This document shows, piece by piece, positions 1-9,447 of a stretch of DNA of 64,000 bases. A program made the translations under genes and the position numbers. The notes below the pieces were generated by a model. That model worked only from the letters and a program-made list of their open reading frames with translations, was not told where the DNA came from and did not search any database. Position 1 is the stretch's first letter. The number at the start of each line of letters is the position of its first letter. This DNA comes from an uncultured Acidobacteriota bacterium (GTDB lineage Bacteria; Acidobacteriota; Thermoanaerobaculia; Gp7-AA8). The DNA is taken from positions 268,603 through 332,602 of the forward strand of contig CAWCBB010000016.1 of the NCBI GenBank assembly GCA_963793695.1. Reading direction: 5' to 3'.

Positions 1-276
1 GCGCCGGCGCGGGGTCCCGCGCCGCGAGGCGCTCGTCGAAGCGGGCCTCGCCGCATGCGGCCCATCCTGATGACGTCTCTGACGACCATTCTCGGGCTCG
101 TGCCGATGGCCCTCGGGCTCGGCGAGGGCGCCGAGCTGCGCGCGCCGCTCGCGATCACCGTCATCGGGGGGCTTTCGGTCGCGACGCTCCTGACGCTGAT
201 CGTGATTCCCGGTCGTGTACGAGCTGCTCGACCGGAACGAGAGGCGTTCCCGCCGCGGCCGCCGCACCGGCGATGA
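1..276 (+). CDS. RND efflux permease (AcrB/AcrD/AcrF family), C-terminal fragment; window-truncated, true 3' end uncertain (frameshift near 210)
   Basis: [39 protein letters not shown] is the typical RND TM11-12 motif. Confidence 0.9.
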   Translation, partial: APARGPAPRGARRSGPRRMRPILMTSLTTILGLVPMALGLGEGAELRAPLAITVIGGLSVATLLTLIVIPGRVRAARPEREAFPPRPPHRR

Positions 277-316
277 CGGTTCCGCCCGATGGTGCACTCG
301 GATCCGAGGTGACGCC

Positions 317-3300
317 GTGAAGCTCTCCAGCTTTTCCGTCAGCCGGCCCGTGACGATGATCATGTTGCTCCTGAGCATCATGATCATCGGAGGGATCGCG
401 ATCACGCGGATCCCGCTCGCGTTCCTTCCGGAGATCGACGCGCCGTTCATCGGCGTCCAGATCGCCTATCCGAACTCGAACCCATGGCAGGTCGAGCGCG
501 AGATCGTGAAACCGGTCGAGGAACTGCTCGCGACGCTGCCGAACGTCCGGAAGCTCCGCTCGACGGCGAACGCGGACTCGGCCGAGTTCCAGATGGAGTT
601 CGACTGGGGCTTCGACGTCGACATCATCCGGATGCAGGTGAGCGAGAAGATGGACCAGATCCGGCCGAGCCTCTCCGGTGGGGATCGGCCAGATCCTGAT
701 CTACTCGTTCAACACGAACGACATTCCGGTGGTCGACGCGCGCGTCGCATCCGAGGGCGTGGATCTGTCGCGGAATTACGACGTGATCGAGGCGCGGATC
801 CTCAATCGGCTGCGCCGTGTCCCCGGCGTGGCGCGCGTGGACCTGAACGGGGTCGCGCCCCCGGAGATCAACGTCGATCTGATCATCGACAAGGTGAAGG
901 AGCACAACGTCGACATCGGCGGGTTGATTCAGAAGCTGCAGGGCGCGTCGTCGAATCTCGTCCTCGGCCAGGTGGACGAAAAGGGGATGCGCTACACCGT
1001 CCGCGCGGTGGGCGCGTTCGAGTCCGTCGACGCGATCAAGCGACATGATCATCGACGCGCGCGGGCTCCGGATCTCCGACATCGCGCAGGTGACCTACGA
1101 GGAGCCGCCGATCGACTTCGGGCGGCATCTCGACGGCAAGTACGCCGTCGCGCTCAACGTCTACAAGGAGTCGACCGCGAACACCGTCGACGTGGTTCGC
1201 GCCGTCATGAAGGTCATCAACGGCGACATCAAGAACGACCCGCTGCTCCAGGGCATCCGGGTGTTCACGTGGGACGATCAGGCGGACCAGATCGTCGGTG
1301 GCCTCCAGGGGCTGACGTCGTCCGGCCTGCAGGGCGGCCTGCTCGCGATCGTCGTCCTCTACTTCTTCCTGAGGCGGTTTTCCTCGACGCTCATCGTCTC
1401 TCTCTCGATTCCCTTCTCGATCATCGCCGCGACAGGGATCATGTACTTCCTCGGGATGTCGCTCAACGTCCTGTCGATGATGGGGCTGATGCTCGGCGTC
1501 GGGATGCTCGTCGACAATGCGATCGTGGTTCTCGAGTCCATCGACCGCCGGCAGAGAGTGGAACGCGAATGCGCGCAAGGCGGCGACCGAGGGAGCCGCG
1601 GCGGTGGCGATCGCGGTGATCGCCTCGACGTTGACGTCGCTCATCGTCTTCCTTCCGCTGATCGTCGGAGGCAAGACGGAGTTGACCGTCTGGCTCGGCG
1701 AGGTCGGCATGGCGATTTCCCTCGCTCTCGCCTGCTCGCTGTTCGCGTCGCTCACGATGATTCCACTGATGTCGGCGCACTGGCTGAAGCTCAGGGAGCC
1801 GAAGCGGAACCGGTTCGTCGAATGGCTCGAGGAGAAGTACGTCGGCGTGCTCCGGTGGACGCTGCATCACCGCATCAAGACGTTCTTCGCCATCCTGGCG
1901 GTCGCGGCGCTGACGGTCATACCGTTCGCGGCCAAGTGGGTCAAGACGGGGATGTTCACCGCGGCGAAGAACGAGAGGATCCGCGTCGCGTACGAGTTCG
2001 CCGACTTCGCGTACGAGTCGGATTCCGAGCGCGCCGTGACGCAGGTCGAGAAGTTCCTGACCGCGAACGGGAAAGAGTTCATGGTGGCGGGCCTCTACAG
2101 CTGGTACGCCGAAAACGAGGCGTCGACCTCGATCACGCTCACGCGCGAAGACCTGTCGGACGACGAAGTGCGCGACCTGCGCAAGAGGATCCGGGCGAAG
2201 CTCCCTCAGATCGCGGGCGTCCGCGTCTTCTTCGACGAAGATCCCGAGGAAGGAGGAAACTCGCGGCGGTTCGCCGTGAAGTTCTTCGGCCAGGACTCCG
2301 GCGTCCTCCAGGGGCTCGCCGACGAGGCGGAGCGGCGGCTCGACACGCTCGAAGGGGATCGAGGATCTCAACACGGGCCTCAATCGCGGCCGCAACGAGA
2401 TCCAGGTCGTGATCGACCGCGCGAAAGCGGCTCAGCTCGGGCCTCACGGCGCAGGATCTCTCCGACATCTTCTCGTTCACCCTCGGCGGCGTGCGCCTGC
2501 GCCGTTTCAACGCGGGCAACAAGGAAGTCGAGAGCTGGCTCGCCCTCCGCGATGAGGACCGGGAGAACCTCGCGGATCTGCGGAACCTCCAGATGCGGAC
2601 ACCGTCCGGGACCGACGTGCTCCTCGGCGACGTCGCGCATTTCGAGGTCATCAGGAAAGCGAACGCGATCCGGCGCGAGGACCGGAAGGTCCGCGTCGCG
2701 GTGAACGGCAGCTACGAAGGCGAGAAGTGGGACGAGCCGGCGCAAGGAGATCGAGGCGCTCATGAATCAGTTCGAGCTTCCCGCCGGCTACTCCTGGTCG
2801 TGGGACGATCGGATCCTCGAGCAGGATACTCAGGGGAAGGAGATGGGCATCAACTACCTGCTCGCGCTGATGCTCGTCTACCTGGTGATGGCGTCTCTGT
2901 TCGAGTCGCTCGCCCAGCCGTTCTCGATCCTCTTTTCGATTCCGTTCGCGGTCCCGGGAGCGGTCTGGTTGCTCGCGGCGACGCGCACGCCGTTCAACCT
3001 GATGGCGCAGATCGGGCTGCTGATCCTCATGGGGATCGTCGTCAACAACGGCATCGTCCTGCTCGATCACATGAACCAGCTCCGGCGCGCGGGCATGGGC
3101 CGCGAAGAGGCGGTTCTCCAGGCAGGGAGGGACCGGCTTCGCGCGATTCTGATGACCGCGGCGACGACCGTCATCGGACTCCTCCCGCTCGCGATCGGCG
3201 GATCGAACGTGGGCGGCCTCTTCTACTTCCCGCTGGCGCGAACCGTCATGGGCGGCCTGATCTCCTCGACGTTCCTCACGCTGATCGTCCTCCCCTACAT

Positions 3301-3400
3301 CGACATGGGCGTGGAAGGGGCGGCGGGGTGGTTCGGGCGGCTGTGGAAGAGCTCGGCGCGGAAGGAAACGGCGCCGGAAGTGGCGGCTGTAGAGGTGTAA
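317..3400 (+). CDS. RND efflux permease (AcrB family), second of a tandem pair; several frameshifts
   Basis: GTG start KLSSFSVSRPVT; LPEIDAP, LGVGMLVDNAIVVLESI, GIVVNNGIVLLD and RDRLRAILMT motifs spread over ORFs 215, 678, 1045, 1517 and 2762. Confidence 0.9.
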
Positions 3401-3515
3401 ACGCCTCGCTGCATTCTGCAGTCGTCTTTTGATCGCCTCTCACTGGGACACGTGACCGCGGTCCTCCCGCCCCGCCCCTTCCGCTGACATCTTTCCTGCA
3501 GGAAGGGGGCGCGCC

Positions 3516-4853
3516 ATGCCTCGATTCGAGTGGTGGAACTGGTGGCAGGAGCGGAAGCAGAAGTACCTGCTCACCGACGAGCCCTTCAGCGACTACGACC
3601 GCTTCGCCTCCCTCTGTGTCGGAACCGGCCTGCCGGCGATCGAGCAGAGGAGCATGTTCGCTTTCCGGAGCGCGCGCGACGGCGCGGATCGTTTCATCGG
3701 AAAGTCGCAGTATGGCGAGAAACCCTTCGCGCGCATCTACACGCGTCTGGGCAATCCGACCACCGAATATCTCGAGCGCGTCCTGTTCCGGCTCGAATGC
3801 CAGCACATGATCGATCGCGCGCTCGACGCGGACGAGACGGAGCCGACGGTCGGCAGCATGGTCGTCGCCTCCGGTATGGCGGCGATCTCGACGACCCTGC
3901 TCGCCCTTCTCCGCACCGGCGACGGCGTCGTCGCGGGAAACGTCTACGGCTGCACCGACTCGCTCCTCCGGATCCTCACGGACCGCTTCCGCATCGACCA
4001 TCACTTCGTCGACACCACGGACCCCGACGAGATCGATCGCTGCCTTACGGACCACCCGAACGTGTCGGTCGTTTTCCTCGAGACGCCCGAAAACCCCAAC
4101 CTCGGCATGGCCGACATCCGGGAGGTCTCCCGGGTCACGACGCGCCACGGCGCGCTCCTGATCGTCGACAACACGTTCTGCAGCGCCTGGCTCCAGCAGC
4201 CCTTTCGCCTCGGCGCCGACATCGTCGTCCAGAGCCTGACCAAATACGTCAACGGCCACTCGACCTCGGTCGGAGGAAACACGCTCGGTCCGTTCCCGTT
4301 CATGTCCGGCCCCTTCTTCGAGATGGCCAAGGACCTCGGTCCGACGCCCAGCCCGATGGACAGCTGGCTCAATTCCGTCTGCGTTCAGACGCTCCCGCAG
4401 CGGATCGATGCGGCGTGCGCCACGGCGCAGAAGCTCGCGGAATGGCTCTCGGCCCATCCCGCCGTCGATCGGATCTGGTATCCCGGGCTGCCGTCGCATC
4501 CGCAGCACCATCTCATCGGAAAACAGATGAGGAGCGGCGGCTCGATCCTCGCCTTCGAGCTCAAGGGCGGCTACGATCCCGGCGTCCGGCTCATGAACTA
4601 TTTCGCCCGCCACGACACGCCGATGGAGCTCGCCGTCAGCCTCGGGAGCGTCATCAGCTACATCCAGCACCCCGCGAGCATGACCCACAGCGCCGTCCCC
4701 CCGGCGGACCGCGCGAAACGCGGCATCACCGAAGGATTGATCCGCCTGAGCGTCGGGCTGGAGGGATTCACGATCCTGCGCGATGCATTCGAAGAGGGGC
4801 TCGCGCTGGCGGCGCAGTCGCCGGAGGACGTGCCCGTGGGGGCGTTCGTGTAG
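3516..4853 (+). CDS. PLP-dependent trans-sulfuration enzyme (methionine gamma-lyase / cystathionine gamma-synthase family)
   Basis: YTRLGNPT, ASGMAAI, ETPENP, VDNTF, PLP lysine in QSLTKYVNGH, AVSLG, LIRLSVGLE. Confidence 0.9.
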   Translation: MPRFEWWNWWQERKQKYLLTDEPFSDYDRFASLCVGTGLPAIEQRSMFAFRSARDGADRFIGKSQYGEKPFARIYTRLGNPTTEYLERVLFRLECQHMIDRALDADETEPTVGSMVVASGMAAISTTLLALLRTGDGVVAGNVYGCTDSLLRILTDRFRIDHHFVDTTDPDEIDRCLTDHPNVSVVFLETPENPNLGMADIREVSRVTTRHGALLIVDNTFCSAWLQQPFRLGADIVVQSLTKYVNGHSTSVGGNTLGPFPFMSGPFFEMAKDLGPTPSPMDSWLNSVCVQTLPQRIDAACATAQKLAEWLSAHPAVDRIWYPGLPSHPQHHLIGKQMRSGGSILAFELKGGYDPGVRLMNYFARHDTPMELAVSLGSVISYIQHPASMTHSAVPPADRAKRGITEGLIRLSVGLEGFTILRDAFEEGLALAAQSPEDVPVGAFV

Positions 4854-4925
4854 GGGCGCCCTGCGGGCGCCCGGGATTTCGTGATGCGCCGGACGCGATT
4901 ACGGGCGCGCGCGGCGAGCCCCTAC
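4850..4925. repeat. GTAG-type REP doublet (REPIN-like) between convergent stop codons
   Basis: GTAGGGGCGCCCTGCGGGCGCCC ... GGGCGCGCGCGGCGAGCCCCTAC; both GTAG feet contain the TAG stop of the flanking gene. Confidence 0.75.
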
Positions 4926-6037
4926 GCCGGCTGATCCGCGGTCCTCCGCAGGACGGCCACCGACACGTCGTCCTCGATGAAGCCCCCCGCGAACGACTCC
5001 CACTCCGCGAAGATGCGCTGCGCCGCGTCGGGGGTCGCCGCGTGGCGCGCGCACGTGGCTTCGAGCCGGTCGTAGCCGAAGACCTCGTCCGCGGCGTTGC
5101 GCGACTCCGGGATGCCGTCCGAGCAGAACACGAGCGAGTCTCCCGCGGCGAGGACGCCGGATTCCTGCTGCCACCGAGCCGGGGTCTTGATGCCGAGAGG
5201 GTAGGAGCCGCAGCCGAGGCGACGGAGGAGGGTGGCGGAGGAGTCGAAGTGGAGCACCGGAGGATGTCCGGCGACGATCGCCGTGTAATGACCGCCCGGC
5301 TCGAGCAGGAGGTAGCAGGCGGAGAAGAAGGAGCGGGGCCCCCCCGTGCGGCAGAGGAGGCGGTTGAGGATCGAGATCAGGGCGTCGGGATCGGCCGAGA
5401 CGTCGAGCTGCGTCCGGAACGCCGCCTGTGCGACCGCCATGACCAGGCCCGCAGCCATCCCGTGCCCCGACGCGTCGCCGAACAGCATCGCGAGGCGGCC
5501 GTCGGGAAGCACGACGAAGTCGTAGAGATCGCCGCCCACGGTGTTCGCGATCCGGTTGAACGCGGAGATCTCCATGTCCGGAACCGAGGGCATCTCGTTG
5601 GGGATGAGGCTCGCCTGGAGCTCGCGCGCCAGCTCCAGCTCGTCGCGAAAGTGGATTTTGTCGATCAGCTCGAGCGAGAGGAGGAAGACCATGATCCCGA
5701 ACGAGATGAACAGACCGACGATCCCTTGGCCGGAGCTCGATTCGCGCGCGGCGCCCGCGAGGTTGAGGAGGGACACGAGGCCGAGGGCGAGGGCGATGAG
5801 GAAGAGGAGGCGGCGCGCCGGCGCGAGGCGTGCCGTGAGGCCATACCCGAGCGCGCTCGCCGTTCGCCCCCATCGTTTCCAGCGTTTCGGCTCCCGCTCG
5901 ATCGCGTCGAGGTGGTCTTCGAGGAGTTTGTGGCGGACGGCCGGCCATTCCCGCTCGTAGAGGTCGGCGACGCCCCGGGATCCCACCGAGCGGATCGTGG
6001 TGCCAGTCAGTTCGACCCAATCATGGAAACGAGCCAT
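4922..6037 (-). CDS. PP2C/SpoIIE-family (RsbU-like) serine phosphatase with N-terminal membrane region
   Basis: ARELQASLIP, VGGDLYDF, GDASGHG, SDGIPE and DDVS metal-binding motifs; two hydrophobic segments upstream. Confidence 0.9.
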   Translation of the reverse strand: MARFHDWVELTGTTIRSVGSRGVADLYEREWPAVRHKLLEDHLDAIEREPKRWKRWGRTASALGYGLTARLAPARRLLFLIALALGLVSLLNLAGAARESSSGQGIVGLFISFGIMVFLLSLELIDKIHFRDELELARELQASLIPNEMPSVPDMEISAFNRIANTVGGDLYDFVVLPDGRLAMLFGDASGHGMAAGLVMAVAQAAFRTQLDVSADPDALISILNRLLCRTGGPRSFFSACYLLLEPGGHYTAIVAGHPPVLHFDSSATLLRRLGCGSYPLGIKTPARWQQESGVLAAGDSLVFCSDGIPESRNAADEVFGYDRLEATCARHAATPDAAQRIFAEWESFAGGFIEDDVSVAVLRRTADQPA

Positions 6038-6183
6038 TCCTCAGCTCCCCGTGAGGGGATACTAGAGTGTACGGTCCGGGAGATCGAGGGTTTTCGGCCG
6101 GAGTCCCGATCCCGGCGGAGCTCGGTGGCACCGATGGAAGCCGACCGGCTGTCCACGCAACTGACCGTCGCCGCGCCTGCGCC

Positions 6184-6206
6184 GTAGGCCGGCGCGGCGC
6201 CCGGCC
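6184..6206. repeat. Single GTAG-type REP-like palindrome
   Basis: GTAGGCCGGCGCGGCGCCCGGCC. Confidence 0.4.
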
Positions 6207-6228
6207 ATTCCCTCCGCCGCGGTGAGCT

Positions 6229-6255
6229 CTCCGCGCGATAGACTTTCGCGCGGAG
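6229..6255 (+). promoter_or_regulatory. Perfect 10-bp inverted repeat bracketing a TAGACT -10-like hexamer and overlapping the RBS of the next gene
   Basis: CTCCGCGCGA-tagactt-TCGCGCGGAG, ending 6 nt before ATG 6262. Confidence 0.45.
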
Positions 6256-6261
6256 GCTCCG

Positions 6262-7419
6262 ATGGCGCAGCGGATCGACACGAAACTCATTCACGCCGGG
6301 GAACCCGACCCTCGTCCCGGAGGATCGATCTCCATTCCGATCTTCCAGTCGTCGACCTTCGAGACGACGGGGACGGAGGAGGGATACCACGAGATCCGCT
6401 ACGCGCGGCTGAGCAACACGCCGAACCACCTCGCGCTCCACGCGAAGCTCGCGGCTCTCGAGAACGCCGAGGCCGCGCTCGTGACGGCGAGCGGGATGGC
6501 GGCCATCACGACGGCTCTGCTCACGATCCTCGGCGCGGGCGATCACATCCTCTTTCACCGGGTCCTCTACGGCGGGACGCGCAGCTTCGCCGACCACGAC
6601 TTCCCGTCCCTCGGCCTCTCCTTCACCACGATCGACGCGACGGACCCCTCGGGCTGGAACGCGGCGCTTCGGCCGAATACCCGGGCGATCTACGTCGAGA
6701 CGATCACGAACCCGACGATGGAGGTCGCCGATCACGACGCGGTCGTCCGGTTCGCGAAGGAGCATGGCCTCGTCTCGATCACCGACAACACCTTCGCCTC
6801 GCCGGTGAACTTCCGCCCCGCCGAGCACGGATACGATTTGTCGGTCCACAGCGCGACCAAATACCTGAACGGGCACACCGACCTGATCGCGGGCGCGGTG
6901 ATCGGGCGGCGCGATCTCGTCCGCCGCATCGCGATGAAGCTCGACCATCTCGGGGGCTCTCTCGATCCTCACGCGTGCTTTCTGCTCCACCGGGGCCTCA
7001 AGACTCTCGCCCTCCGCGTCCGCCAGCAGAACGCGAGCGCCCAGCGGCTCGCCGAGATGCTCGAGGCGCATCCCGCCGTCGAGCGCGTGAACTACCCCGG
7101 CCTCGTGGGGTCGCCCTCTCACGCCCGCGCGCTCGCGTTGCTCGACGGGTTCGGAGGGATGCTCAGCATCGTGCTCCGGGGCGGACTCCCCGCCGCGCGG
7201 CGTTTCTGCGGCGCGCTCCGGCTCGCGATCGTCGCTCCCAGCCTCGGCGGGGTCGAGACGCTCGTCACCCGGCCCGCCGAGACCTCGCACGTCTCGATGG
7301 CGCGCGAGGAGCGGGAGGCGATCGGCATCCCGGACGGCCTCGTGCGCATCTCCGTCGGGATCGAGCACGTCGAGGACCTGGCGGAGGACTTCGCGGAAGC
7401 GTTGGAGAAGAGCGCTTAA
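6262..7419 (+). CDS. PLP-dependent trans-sulfuration enzyme (cystathionine gamma-lyase/synthase family)
   Basis: IHAGE, PIFQSSTF, YARLSNTP, DNTFASP, HSATKYLNGH, SLGGVE, RISVGIE. Confidence 0.92.
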   Translation: MAQRIDTKLIHAGEPDPRPGGSISIPIFQSSTFETTGTEEGYHEIRYARLSNTPNHLALHAKLAALENAEAALVTASGMAAITTALLTILGAGDHILFHRVLYGGTRSFADHDFPSLGLSFTTIDATDPSGWNAALRPNTRAIYVETITNPTMEVADHDAVVRFAKEHGLVSITDNTFASPVNFRPAEHGYDLSVHSATKYLNGHTDLIAGAVIGRRDLVRRIAMKLDHLGGSLDPHACFLLHRGLKTLALRVRQQNASAQRLAEMLEAHPAVERVNYPGLVGSPSHARALALLDGFGGMLSIVLRGGLPAARRFCGALRLAIVAPSLGGVETLVTRPAETSHVSMAREEREAIGIPDGLVRISVGIEHVEDLAEDFAEALEKSA

Positions 7420-7429
7420 CGCAGGGGGC

Positions 7430-7510
<81 letters not shown>

Positions 7511-7518
7511 AGTTCGAG

Positions 7519-7935
7519 CTAATCCAGAGGGCGGAGGTCCCGGCGCGCCTTGCGCTTCGGCGCCGCCTCCTCCTGCTTCCTTGCCTGCCGCGAGAGATAG
7601 CGAATCAACCCGTTCAAGAGTTGCCCCACGCGAGCAGCATCGTCATCGAGTCGCTTGGCGGATGCTGGCTCGATGAACCTGAGCCGTCGCGCCATTTCGA
7701 GCTGTGTTTCTAACTCGAGCAGAGAACCTCGAGCACGAAAGACGAACTGCCGCTGGTCCCGGTACGAAAATCGCCCCATCGCTTCGGCGACATTCGACGG
7801 GATCGAGACGGCGGCTGACCTCATCTGATCCGAGAGGGCACGCGCCTCGCGATTCGGGAAAGACCGGACGGTCTCGAAGACGCAAATCGAGAAATCGATG
7901 GCTGCCTGCCAAGCTTTCAAGTCTCGGTAGTTCAT
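7519..7935 (-). CDS. Four helix bundle protein (23S rRNA IVS protein / Avd-like family)
   Basis: MNYRDLKAWQAA, LSDQMRSAAVSIPSNVAEAMGR, ARGSLLELETQLE match the family consensus; start taken at MNY rather than 8022. Confidence 0.92.
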   Translation of the reverse strand: MNYRDLKAWQAAIDFSICVFETVRSFPNREARALSDQMRSAAVSIPSNVAEAMGRFSYRDQRQFVFRARGSLLELETQLEMARRLRFIEPASAKRLDDDAARVGQLLNGLIRYLSRQARKQEEAAPKRKARRDLRPLD

Positions 7936-8026
7936 TATCTGTCGATGCCGAGGCAAGCGACCGACAGCATTCGGGTGGGGCCATGGATTGTACCTCGGCT
8001 TGCGACCTACTCGTGACAGCAAACGC

Positions 8027-8112
8027 GGAGAACGGAGAACGGAGAACGCAGAACGCAGAACGCAAAACGGGGAACGGAGAAACGGGGAACGAGAACGGAG
8101 ACGGAGAACGGC
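8027..8112. repeat. Tandem heptamer array (GGAGAAC)n, right inverted arm of the cassette
   Basis: GGAGAAC/GCAGAAC/GGGGAAC units, reverse complement of the left arm; ends at the stop codon at 8113. Confidence 0.9.
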
Positions 8113-9273
8113 CTACGTCTCCTTCCTCTCCGCATGCTCGAACTCCATCCTCAGCGAGAGGAACTTGACCAGATCGCTCAGCGTGACGATCCCTTCGAGG
8201 CGTCCCTCGCGCGTGACGATGAGGCGCGAGCGGCGGCCGCGGCTCATGCGCGCCAGCGCCTCGACCGCCTCTTCGTCCGGCGAGATCGTGTTCTCGGGAG
8301 CGCACGGCTCGGCGATCGCTCCGACGGTCTGTCGGGCCCATTCCTCGGCCGGAAGGTCGCGGATCGCCTGCGTGGTCACGCAGCCGACGAGGCGGTCCTC
8401 CTCCATCACCGGGTAGAGCTTGTGGTGGTATTTGAAGACGTACGTCTCGACGAGCTCCTTGACGGAGATGACCCGCGGGACCGTGACGGGGTTCGTCGTC
8501 ATGAACGCTCGAACCGGCTCGCCCGCGAGCGTTTCGCGAATGAAGAGCTGGTGATACGAAACCTGCCCCGCGCTCCGGATGAAAAATCCGATCAGGATCC
8601 ACCAGAAGCCGATGATGAAGTGCCCCATGACGAGCGCGAGGACGCCGATCGCCATGAGAAGCATCCCGAGGACGTTTCCGGACGCGGCCGAAGCCTTCGT
8701 GGCCGAGCGAACGTTGCCCGAGCGCTTCCAGAGCCACCCGCGAAGAAGGCGGCCGCCGTCGAGCGGAAAGGCGGGAAGCATGTTGAAGAGGAAGAGCGCG
8801 CCGTTCATCCAGCCGAGGTATCCGACGAGCGTCCAGAGGGGACCGGCGAGGCCGCTGGCGCGCCCGGCGGCGCCGACGAGCAGGAGGACCACCGCGAGCG
8901 CGAGGCTCATCGCAGGGCCGGCGAGCGCCATCCTCATCTCGGCGCGCGGGTGGGGAGGTTCCTCCCGCAGATCGGCGACGCCGCCGAAGATGAAAAGCGT
9001 GATCGACCGGACCTGGAGACCGTAGCGCCGCGCGACCTTCGCATGGGCCAGCTCGTGAAGGAGGATCGAGAGGAAGAGCGCCGCCGCGCCCGCGAGGCCC
9101 ATCGACCAGTACGCGGTGTGCGAGAGCCCCGGATATGCGCCCGGAAAGGCTCCGGACGCGAGCGACCAGACGATGAGCGCGAAGAGGATCAGCCACGTCA
9201 GGTCGACGCGGACCTCAAAGCCGGCGAGGCGGAAGAGCGTGAGAGTGTTTCCGAACATACCGTGGTCGGCCAT
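8113..9273 (-). CDS. Site-2 protease (M50 zinc metalloprotease) with C-terminal CBS pair
   Basis: HELAH, NMLPAFPLDGG, CBS-like FMTTNPVTV and LEGIVTLSDL; C-terminal part of the 1528-aa shadow ORF; start 9273 or 9258. Confidence 0.92.
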   Translation of the reverse strand: MADHGMFGNTLTLFRLAGFEVRVDLTWLILFALIVWSLASGAFPGAYPGLSHTAYWSMGLAGAAALFLSILLHELAHAKVARRYGLQVRSITLFIFGGVADLREEPPHPRAEMRMALAGPAMSLALAVVLLLVGAAGRASGLAGPLWTLVGYLGWMNGALFLFNMLPAFPLDGGRLLRGWLWKRSGNVRSATKASAASGNVLGMLLMAIGVLALVMGHFIIGFWWILIGFFIRSAGQVSYHQLFIRETLAGEPVRAFMTTNPVTVPRVISVKELVETYVFKYHHKLYPVMEEDRLVGCVTTQAIRDLPAEEWARQTVGAIAEPCAPENTISPDEEAVEALARMSRGRRSRLIVTREGRLEGIVTLSDLVKFLSLRMEFEHAERKET

Positions 9274-9447
9274 CCATCGACGGCCCCATCGCGTTCCGGG
9301 CCGCCCGCGAGGGCAGCAGTAGACGGCAGTTGAGGAGTAAGTAGCAAGGGGGTAACTCGCAGGGAGCCGGCCCTCTGGCCAAAAACCCGCATCCTGCAGA
9401 GCCTGGATGGACGTCGCCGGAATTCGCCCGGCGGTATGATTCGCCCC

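Noticed and set aside
3401-3515. SAM riboswitch upstream of the methionine-lyase-like gene
   Set aside because: No SAM-I core (ATCxAGAG...GCAACC...GTGC) or other recognisable aptamer.
7519-7935. Diversity-generating retroelement implied by the Avd-like gene
   Set aside because: No reverse transcriptase and no template/variable repeat pair is visible in the window.
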